Below, piece by piece: positions 9,469-16,819 of a DNA stretch of 23,624 bases. Each line of letters starts with the position of its first letter. The first letter of the stretch is position 1. This stretch comes from Lysobacterales bacterium (GTDB lineage Bacteria; Pseudomonadota; Gammaproteobacteria; Xanthomonadales; SZUA-5): positions 1 to 23,624 of the forward strand of contig JALHMH010000055.1 in NCBI GenBank assembly GCA_022844165.1. Reading direction: 5' to 3'. Both the position numbers and the translations under genes were made by a program. Below the pieces are notes generated by a model, which was not told where the DNA came from, made no database searches, and saw only the letters and a program-made list of their open reading frames with translations.

Positions 9469-11495
9469 TGTTTGTGCTGCCAGCCATCCTCGGTGCTCCA
9501 CGCGCGCTGCCATTCGGCGCGATCCCGTGCGCCGACGGCGTGCATTTTTCGCTGTGGTCCGAACACGCTGACGCGATCGACTTATGCGTGTTCGACGTGG
9601 ACGGGATCCGCGAGCTGCGGCGCTATCGGCTGCATGGCCCGGATCACGGCGTATTCGCAGGATTCCTCGAAGGCGCGCGCCCGGGCCTGGTCTACGGCTA
9701 TCGCGCCCACGGGCGTTTTGCGCCGGAGGAAGGTCAGCGTTTCAACGCCCACAAGCTGCTGCTCGATCCCTACGCGCGTGACATCGTCGGTACGTTCCAT
9801 CACCACGATGTGCACTATGGTTATCCGCTCGGGGCGCCCGAGGGCGCGCGCGCTTTTGACGCCCGCGACAATGCCATGCTGGCGCTCAAGGCACGCGTGG
9901 CGGCCACGTTGCCGGCTATCGATTGGCAACGACCTGACCTGCCACGCAGGTCCGTGTTGATCTACGAGTTGCACGTCCGTGGATTTACACAGCAGCATCC
10001 GGATATCCCGGATGCGGCGCGCGGTCGATTTGCCGGGCTCGCCAGCGATGCCGCCATCGCGCACTTCAAAGCGCTCGGTGTCACCTCGTTATGTTTGTTG
10101 CCGGTGCAGTTCGGCATCAGCGAGGCCGCGCTGGAAGCTCGCCAGCTGAGCAATTATTGGGGTTACAACACGCTCGGCTTTTTTGCCGCAAATCCGCGTT
10201 ACGGTACGGTCGATGCGTTTCGGCGCATGGTCCAAACGCTGCATGGCGCCGGAATCGAGGTGCTCATCGATGTGGTCTACAACCACAGCGCCGAAAGCGA
10301 CGAATTAGGTCCGACACTTTGTTTTCGTGGCCTGGATAACGCCCGTTGGTATCGGCTCCGGGACGATGATCCTGCGCACAGCGTGAACTACAGCGGCTGT
10401 GGCAACACCCTGAACCTGTCACATCCGCGCGTTGCCGAATTTGTGCTCGACAGCTTGCGCTTTTGGCGCCAGGAGATGGGTGTCGATGGATTTCGTTTCG
10501 ATCTCGCCGCGACGCTGGGACGCGGCGTACAGGGATTCGACCATGGCAGCGCGTTTTTCCTCGCCCTGAAGCAAGACCCGATCCTGCGCCACGCGCGCTT
10601 GATCGCCGAACCCTGGGACGCTGGCCCCGGCGGCTATCAGCTGGGCCGCTTTCCGCCGCCTTTTGGCGAATGGAACGATCGCTTTCGCGACACGGTGCGC
10701 AGCTATTGGCTCAACCGCCCCGTGACGCGCGGCGAGTTTGCGCGACGCTTTTGTGCGTCGAGCGATTTTTTTCAGCATGGCGCCCGGCGTCCGACAGCCA
10801 GTGTCAACTATGTCGCATCGCACGACGGTTTTACGCTGGCGGATTTGACGTCGTACGACCGCAAGCGCAATCAGGACAATGGCGAAGCAGGCCGCGATGG
10901 GCGCGATGGCGAAATCGCGACCGGGTTCGGCTGCGAAGGCGAATGCGACGACGCCACCATCATTGCCACTCGCCGACGCGTTCGTCGCGCCCTGCTGGCA
11001 ACGCTGCTATTGGCTCAAGGCACGCCGATGTTGCTGGCGGGAGACGAACTTGGACGCACACAAATGGGCAACAACAACGCCTATTGCCAGGACAACGCCG
11101 TGTCGTGGCTGGATTGGGCACACGCAGACGCTGAGCTGGCGGCCTTCGTGGCGCGTTTGATCGTCTTGAGAGGCAGCGAACCGCTGTTGCATCACGACGG
11201 CTGGTTCGGTGCCCAGGGGCCAGGTCCCCAAGTGCGCTGGCGCACACCCGACGGGCATCCGATGCAGGTGCACGATTGGCACGACCATGCAGAACGTGCA
11301 CTTTTGTGCGAACTCTGGCCCGCGAATGCGCAGGCAGCGCGGCTGCGAATCGCATTCAACCCGGATTGCAGTGCCCGACGCTTTGCGATCGGCGCGCAGG
11401 CCGATATTGTGCTGGACAGCAGCGGAGAATTGATCGAGGGATGGCGGGCCGCGACCTTCGACGTTCCAGCGCGAAGTTTGCTGGTGCTGCGTTGA
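9468..11495 (+). CDS. glgX: Glycogen debranching enzyme (isoamylase type), GH13
   Basis: KLLLDPYA, NYWGYNTLGFF, DVVYNH, GFRFDLA, IAEPWD, SHDGFTL and GNNNAYCQDN. The ATG overlaps the glgB stop (TGATG). Confidence 0.95.
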   Translation: MFVLPAILGAPRALPFGAIPCADGVHFSLWSEHADAIDLCVFDVDGIRELRRYRLHGPDHGVFAGFLEGARPGLVYGYRAHGRFAPEEGQRFNAHKLLLDPYARDIVGTFHHHDVHYGYPLGAPEGARAFDARDNAMLALKARVAATLPAIDWQRPDLPRRSVLIYELHVRGFTQQHPDIPDAARGRFAGLASDAAIAHFKALGVTSLCLLPVQFGISEAALEARQLSNYWGYNTLGFFAANPRYGTVDAFRRMVQTLHGAGIEVLIDVVYNHSAESDELGPTLCFRGLDNARWYRLRDDDPAHSVNYSGCGNTLNLSHPRVAEFVLDSLRFWRQEMGVDGFRFDLAATLGRGVQGFDHGSAFFLALKQDPILRHARLIAEPWDAGPGGYQLGRFPPPFGEWNDRFRDTVRSYWLNRPVTRGEFARRFCASSDFFQHGARRPTASVNYVASHDGFTLADLTSYDRKRNQDNGEAGRDGRDGEIATGFGCEGECDDATIIATRRRVRRALLATLLLAQGTPMLLAGDELGRTQMGNNNAYCQDNAVSWLDWAHADAELAAFVARLIVLRGSEPLLHHDGWFGAQGPGPQVRWRTPDGHPMQVHDWHDHAERALLCELWPANAQAARLRIAFNPDCSARRFAIGAQADIVLDSSGELIEGWRAATFDVPARSLLVLR

Positions 11496-11542
11496 TCCTG
11501 TCGCCGGCCGAACGTCGCAATCGTATTCCTAAGGAAAAATCG

Positions 11543-11755
11543 ATGGCGTCGCGGTATAGATTCTCAAACCCTTCAGGTGCAGACGACCGAACAAACCAGC
11601 ATTCGGCGTTATCTCCCACGAAGGCAGGAAGTCACGAAGACTGGATTGAAGGGAGCAGGAAATTGTCTTTGAACGGCGTCTGCACGTCGTCGCGTCTTCG
11701 CGTGAATCGAAAAGACTGTTTGCACATCGATACTCGGCGCGGCAAACCACGATGA
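11543..11755 (+). CDS. Possible 70-aa small ORF or gene remnant between glgX and malQ
   Basis: AAGGAA lies 6 nt before ATG 11543, and the stop overlaps the malQ start (ATGA). No recognisable family. Confidence 0.3.
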   Translation: MASRYRFSNPSGADDRTNQHSALSPTKAGSHEDWIEGSRKLSLNGVCTSSRLRVNRKDCLHIDTRRGKPR

Positions 11756-13260
11756 TCGACCTCAACCGCCGCGCCGCAGGTGTTCTGCTGCACATTACTT
11801 CGTTGCCCGGTCCGCATGGCATTGGTGATTTTGGGCCGGGCGCCTATCAGTATGTCGACTGGCTGAGGAGCGCCGGGCAGCACATTTGGCAGATCTTGCC
11901 GATCAATCCGATTGGTCCAGGCAACTCACCCTATCAAAGCGTCAGCGCGTTCGCCGGCAGCCCGATGATGGTGGCGCTGGAACCGCTGGTGGCCGCCGGC
12001 TGGCTGGAGCACCCGAGTTTACCTGAGGGCGGATTTCGCGCCGATCGCGTCGATTTTGGGCGTGTCGTCCCGTGGCGCATCGGACAACTGCGCAGCGCCG
12101 AACGTGGCTTTCGCGCCCACGCCAGCGCGACGGAGAAAGCCGCGTTTGCGACCTGGTGCGCGGAGAACCAGAGCTGGCTCGACGACTACGCGTTGTTCAT
12201 GTCAATCGAAGCGGCACAGGACGGTACCGCCTGGTGGTTCTGGCCGCAGTCGCTGCGCGATCGCGATCCCGGCGCACTCAGCGCAGCGCGCGCTCAACAC
12301 GCGGCGGAGATCGCGTTCTGGTGTTTCGTGCAGTGGTGCTTCGATGCGCAAAACGTCGCGCTAAAGGCATACGCGAATGAGCGCGGTATTGCCCTGATGG
12401 GCGATTTGCCGATTTTCATCGCCCACCACAGCGCCGACTGCTGGGCGCGCCCCGATTTGTACTTTCTCGACGGCGATTTTCAGCCGACGGTTGTCGCCGG
12501 ATGTCCACCCGACGCCATGGCGCCGACCGGCCAGCGCTGGGGCAACCCGCTGTATCGATGGGATCGAATGGCGGCCGAGGACTACGCCTGGTGGACCGCG
12601 CGTTTGCAGCGTGCACTGCACCAGGCCGATGTCTTCCGCATCGATCATTTCCGCGGTTTTGCTGGCTACTACGAGATTCCCGCGAGTTGTCCGACGGCCG
12701 AGGAAGGGCGATGGGTACCAGGCCCGGGCCGAGCTTTGTTCGATGCGCTCAAGCGCAACCTGGGCGAGCTGCCGATCGTTGCCGAGGACTTGGGGTTGAT
12801 CACGCCGGATGTGATCGCCCTGCGCGATCAATGTGGGTTTCCCGGCATGAAGATTTTGCAGTTTGGCTTCGGGACCGATGGCGGCGACGAGTTCTTGCCG
12901 CACAACTACCCGCGCAATTGTGTGGCTTACACCGGCACCCACGACAATGACACCGTTCGTGGCTGGTGGCATCTGGCCACCGAATCGGAACGCGCCTACG
13001 CCGGCGCGTACCTGCCCGCCAACGAGCACGATGCGCACTGGGCGATGATCCGCGGTGTGCAGAACTCGGCGGCCAATATCGCCATCTGTCAGTTCCAGGA
13101 TACGTTGGGGCACAACGGCCAGAGCCGCATGAACGTGCCAGGCACCATGGGCGATCACAACTGGAGCTGGCGGTTCACCTGGGACCAGGTCGGCGCCGAA
13201 CCTGGACGGGTCCTGGCACTGATGACCCGGCTGAGCGGGCGATCGCGGCGTTCGCCTTGA
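11752..13260 (+). CDS. malQ: 4-alpha-glucanotransferase (amylomaltase), GH77
   Basis: GVLLHITSLP, SPYQSVSAFAG, GQRWGNP, and catalytic RIDHFRG, AEDLG and GTHDNDT. Confidence 0.96.
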   Translation: MIDLNRRAAGVLLHITSLPGPHGIGDFGPGAYQYVDWLRSAGQHIWQILPINPIGPGNSPYQSVSAFAGSPMMVALEPLVAAGWLEHPSLPEGGFRADRVDFGRVVPWRIGQLRSAERGFRAHASATEKAAFATWCAENQSWLDDYALFMSIEAAQDGTAWWFWPQSLRDRDPGALSAARAQHAAEIAFWCFVQWCFDAQNVALKAYANERGIALMGDLPIFIAHHSADCWARPDLYFLDGDFQPTVVAGCPPDAMAPTGQRWGNPLYRWDRMAAEDYAWWTARLQRALHQADVFRIDHFRGFAGYYEIPASCPTAEEGRWVPGPGRALFDALKRNLGELPIVAEDLGLITPDVIALRDQCGFPGMKILQFGFGTDGGDEFLPHNYPRNCVAYTGTHDNDTVRGWWHLATESERAYAGAYLPANEHDAHWAMIRGVQNSAANIAICQFQDTLGHNGQSRMNVPGTMGDHNWSWRFTWDQVGAEPGRVLALMTRLSGRSRRSP

Positions 13261-13460
13261 GCGAACGTCAAAAGCGCGCGAGGATTGGCCAACACGCGCC
13301 GAGCGCATAGCGCTTGTTGCCGTGGTATATGACCACGATGCGGATTAGATCGAGCGGCGTTCGGCTCAGCGCACGCCTGAGGGCGTATTAGCGCTGAACC
13401 TCACCCCCTGGACTTAAGCGGCTGCAAAAGCGAAATCCCCTCCGAAGAAATTCGACTCAT

Positions 13461-15167
13461 ATGACAAATGCCATGCCGCGCCGGGCGGATTTTGAACCCA
13501 AGCTGCTGGCCGTATTGCGCGAGGGATATGGTCTGAGCCAGCTTCGCCAGGATGCCCTGGCCGGGCTGACCGTTGCGATCGTCGCGCTGCCCTTGGCGAT
13601 GGCGTTGGCGATCGCATCGGGCGTGGCGCCGGAGAAGGGGCTCTATACAGCCGTCATCGCCGGGTTTCTGATCTCCGCGTTGGGCGGCAGCCGTGTCCAG
13701 ATCGGTGGGCCAACCGGCGCATTCATACCCGTGGTGTTTGTGGTCATCGAGCGCCATGGTCTCGATGGGCTCATCCTGGCCACACTCATGGCCGGCGTCA
13801 TGCTGGTGATCGCCGGTTGGGCGCGGCTCGGGGCACTGATGCGCTACATGCCACAGCCGGTGATCACTGGTTTCACGGCAGGCATCGGTGTGATCATTTT
13901 CAGCAGCCAGGTGCGCGATCTCTTCGGCTTGCAGATGAACGTGGTCCCCGCCGAGTTCGGGTCAAAACTCCTGGCTTTGTGGCAAGCGGCGCCGACGACC
14001 AATGTAGCCGCACTCGGCCTCGGGTTGGCCTGCATTCTCTCGATTGCCGCCCTGCGCCGGTGGGCGCCGCAATGGCCGGCGTTTCTCATCGTGGTGTTCG
14101 CCGGTACGCTTGCGTCACTGCTGCTTGGACTGCCAGTCGACACGATCGGCAGTCGCTTCGGAGATCTGCCAACATCTCTGCCGACGATCGGGCTGCCCGA
14201 GGTGAGCGCGCAGCGCTTGCGCGTTCTGCTGCCGGATGCTTTCACCATTGCATTTCTGGCTGGCATCGAGTCCTTGCTGTCGGCGGTGGTGGCCGACGGC
14301 ATGACAGGACGGAGACATCGTTCCAACGCCGAACTTGTCGCGCAAGGCACCGCCAACATTGCTTCGGCTTTATTCGGCGGATTACCCGCCACTGGCGCCA
14401 TTGCGCGCACTGCAACCAATGTCCGTGCTGGCGCTCAAACCCCGGTTGCCGGCATGTTGCACGCGGTCTTCGTCTTCGTGTTTGTGCTCGTTCTGGCTCC
14501 AATCCTGAGCTATGTCCCGCTCGCGGCCCTGGCCGCAGTGCTGATCATCGTTGCCTGGGGCATGAGCGAAATCGAACGTTTCAGGCAACTGCTGCGTGCG
14601 CCGATTGGGGATCGAGCGCTATTGCTCGTGACGTTCGCGCTGACTGTAACGGTCGATCTAACCGTGGCCATTGAGGTGGGAGTGGTGATGGCGGCGCTGT
14701 TGTTTATGCATCGGATGGCGAACACAGTGGAGGTGGATGGCCACGCGCGCCCTGGCGAATTAGACGGCGAACGGGAAGAGCCGGACATGCGAGTGCGCCT
14801 GCCGGCGGAAGTCGAGGCCTTTCGTGTTGCCGGCCCGCTCTTCTTCGGCGCCACCAGTCACCTCGAGGATGCGCTCCGCAGCTTTCGCGATACGGGCTAT
14901 CCTCACGTTTTCATCTTGCGCACGCGCCTGATGCCGATGATCGACGCCAGCGGCGTTCATTCGCTGCAGGTCATCGCTGCCCAATTGCGTAAGGCCGGCA
15001 CTTTACTGATCCTGTCCGGCTTGCAAGCCCAACCTCGGCACGTGCTGTCACGCATGGGGATGGTTGAGGTGCCGGGAGAGATCATCTTCGCCCAGGACTT
15101 CGATCATGCCTTGCTGATTGCAAAGGCGCATCAGCAACAACAAGATGACAATTCCCGGCTGTCATGA
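13461..15167 (+). CDS. SulP/SLC26-family anion transporter with C-terminal STAS domain
   Basis: DALAGLTVAIVALPLAMALAIASG, GGSRVQIGGPTGAF, ESLLSAVVADGM, TGAIARTATN, and STAS motifs GPLFFGA and MIDASG. Confidence 0.93.
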   Translation: MTNAMPRRADFEPKLLAVLREGYGLSQLRQDALAGLTVAIVALPLAMALAIASGVAPEKGLYTAVIAGFLISALGGSRVQIGGPTGAFIPVVFVVIERHGLDGLILATLMAGVMLVIAGWARLGALMRYMPQPVITGFTAGIGVIIFSSQVRDLFGLQMNVVPAEFGSKLLALWQAAPTTNVAALGLGLACILSIAALRRWAPQWPAFLIVVFAGTLASLLLGLPVDTIGSRFGDLPTSLPTIGLPEVSAQRLRVLLPDAFTIAFLAGIESLLSAVVADGMTGRRHRSNAELVAQGTANIASALFGGLPATGAIARTATNVRAGAQTPVAGMLHAVFVFVFVLVLAPILSYVPLAALAAVLIIVAWGMSEIERFRQLLRAPIGDRALLLVTFALTVTVDLTVAIEVGVVMAALLFMHRMANTVEVDGHARPGELDGEREEPDMRVRLPAEVEAFRVAGPLFFGATSHLEDALRSFRDTGYPHVFILRTRLMPMIDASGVHSLQVIAAQLRKAGTLLILSGLQAQPRHVLSRMGMVEVPGEIIFAQDFDHALLIAKAHQQQQDDNSRLS

Positions 15168-15199
15168 AGGAATGTCGGATGTCATGAAGGAATGTTGGA
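15160..15199 (+). repeat. 20-bp tandem duplication spanning the SulP stop codon
   Basis: TGTCATGAAGGAATGTCGGA followed directly by TGTCATGAAGGAATGTTGGA (19 of 20 identical). Confidence 0.9.
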
Positions 15200-15203
15200 G
15201 ACC

Positions 15204-15929
15204 ATGAGTCTGCCATCGCTGGATGTCTATGTGTTGGATACGCTGGAGCGCGAGCCGGGGCTTGCACTGGCGCTGCGTTTTGCCACGCCCGACGAACGGA
15301 CTCCGTTGCTCGGCACAGCGGTACTGATGCGCGAACTGCTGCAAATCGCCATCGGCAGCAGCGACGCACGCGTCGCCGAGGCCAAACTCGGCTGGTGGCA
15401 AGAGGAGGCGCAACGATGGTCGATGGGCGCACCGCGGCATCCCTTAGCCCTGGCGTTTGCCTACCAGGACGCGGCGCCCACTGTGGGTGTGCTGATCGGC
15501 GAAGTCTTGCGCTGGCTCGACGGTGCTTCGCTGCCAACCGTCGCCGCGCTTGAATCGCGCCTTGCCCCAGCCGCGCGTGCTCTGGCCGATCTGGCACAGT
15601 CGAACGACGACGTGTGGCGCGCACTGCTGCTCGTTGCGGCATTACGTCAGCCTGCTGGCGATGCGTTGCTGGTCAACATTCTGCCGTTGGACTTGATCGC
15701 GCGGCACAGCGTGCGCCGCGGCGACGCGGTCGCGCGCGACAAGGCACTCGTCGATTTAGCCAGGCTGCTGGCAGCGATGCCGATACCCAGCACGCATTCG
15801 CGCGGCCTGCGCGCTCTGCTCAGCTTCGATCGAAGCTACTTGCGCCAGCGCGCGCTTGGAAAAGGCGAAGCTCACCTCCGTCTCCGCCGCCGCGACATTC
15901 TTGGCGCGTGGTGGAGTGCGATTCGCTAG
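15204..15929 (+). CDS. Squalene/phytoene synthase-fold protein (HpnD-like, degenerate); alternative start 15192
   Basis: SDARVAEAKLGWWQEE...GAPRHPL and LPLDLIARH match the family. GGAG precedes ATG 15204. No DxxxD metal-binding motif was found at the expected position. Confidence 0.7.
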   Translation: MSLPSLDVYVLDTLEREPGLALALRFATPDERTPLLGTAVLMRELLQIAIGSSDARVAEAKLGWWQEEAQRWSMGAPRHPLALAFAYQDAAPTVGVLIGEVLRWLDGASLPTVAALESRLAPAARALADLAQSNDDVWRALLLVAALRQPAGDALLVNILPLDLIARHSVRRGDAVARDKALVDLARLLAAMPIPSTHSRGLRALLSFDRSYLRQRALGKGEAHLRLRRRDILGAWWSAIR

Positions 15930-16086
15930 TCGCAGAATGACGGATCCGCGCACAGACGCGTGGTCGTCACCGGGCAAGCACTGTCGTGGCGATCGATGTC
16001 TCGCCGCGCAGCAGCGGATGTGCGGCATTGGTCAAAGGCCGCTAAAGCCGTCCATGGCATAGTTGACGCTGAGGAGAAACGGACCC

Positions 16087-16602
16087 ATGAACGAAACCAG
16101 CGCCACAACAGACGCCATGTTCAATGAGGTCTATACCCGCTTGAAGGCGATGGCCAGCCGCGGGCTTGCGGTCAATTCGCAAGCCACGCTCGACACCACG
16201 GCATTGGTGCATGAGCTTTATCTTCGAATGGCAAAAAGCCAGGACCTCGCCTTTGCCGAAAAGGCGCAGTTTTTCGCGTACGCGGCACGCGCCATGCGTC
16301 ATGTGCTGCTGGATCGCGCGCGTGATCGGCTGCGCCAACAGGATGGCCAGCCCGCTGTGCATATCACGCTCGATGCCGACGATCCGCGCCTTGTGGTGGT
16401 AAGCGCAGAAGAAACACTGGCGATGGAAGAAGCACTATTGCGGCTTGAAACCGCCGACCCGCGTGCGGCGAAGGTGGTAGAGCTGCGATATTTCGCCGGG
16501 CTATCGCTTGAGCAAACCGCCGATGCTCTCGGGCTGGCGCGCACGACGATTGATAGGGATTGGCGCTTCGCGCGGGCTTTTCTGCATGCGGCGCTTACAT
16601 GA
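16087..16602 (+). CDS. ECF-type sigma factor of the kinase-associated ECF43/TIGR02999-like group
   Basis: TLDTTALVHELYL, FFAYAARAMRHVLLDRAR, VVELRYFAGLS and TIDRDWRFARAFL. GAGGAG lies upstream. No anti-sigma gene is adjacent, and a kinase follows. Confidence 0.92.
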   Translation: MNETSATTDAMFNEVYTRLKAMASRGLAVNSQATLDTTALVHELYLRMAKSQDLAFAEKAQFFAYAARAMRHVLLDRARDRLRQQDGQPAVHITLDADDPRLVVVSAEETLAMEEALLRLETADPRAAKVVELRYFAGLSLEQTADALGLARTTIDRDWRFARAFLHAALT

Positions 16603-16612
16603 GCACACAGCG

Positions 16613-16645
16613 ATGACGCAATTACCTCGGTTCTGGCGTTCCTCT
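16613..16645 (+). promoter_or_regulatory. Candidate ECF-dependent promoter upstream of the kinase gene
   Basis: ATGACGCAATT-N10-TGGCGTTCCTCT matches 19551-19583 in both boxes with identical spacing. Confidence 0.55.
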
Positions 16646-16675
16646 AGAGTCCTTGACGGAGACTGATCTCGACAA

Positions 16676-16819
16676 ATGAGTCAAATTTTCTACCAAGCGG
16701 CTTTGGCTTTTGAAACCCCCTTGAGTCGAGGGGGCGCGCGGAGCGAGGGGTTGTGGCGATTACGCTGTCGGACGAAGCCAGCAGTGCTCGTCGGTCTGAG
16801 GCGAAGCCTCTCTAGATGA
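16676..16819 (+). CDS. Possible 47-aa leader ORF coupled to the kinase start
   Basis: MSQIFYQAALAFETPLSRGGARSEGLWRLRCRTKPAVLVGLRRSLSR*. Its TGA overlaps the kinase ATG (ATGA). The only SD-like GGAG is rather distant. Confidence 0.25.
   Translation: MSQIFYQAALAFETPLSRGGARSEGLWRLRCRTKPAVLVGLRRSLSR

Noticed and set aside
11276-11542. 5' part of the 159-aa track ORF 11276-11755
   Set aside because: It overlaps glgX in another frame. Only the part from ATG 11543, which has an SD, was kept as a weak candidate.
15159-15199. CTGTCAT-containing repeat considered as a Pho box
   Set aside because: The period is 20 bp, not the 11 bp of PhoB direct repeats, and it overlaps a stop codon.
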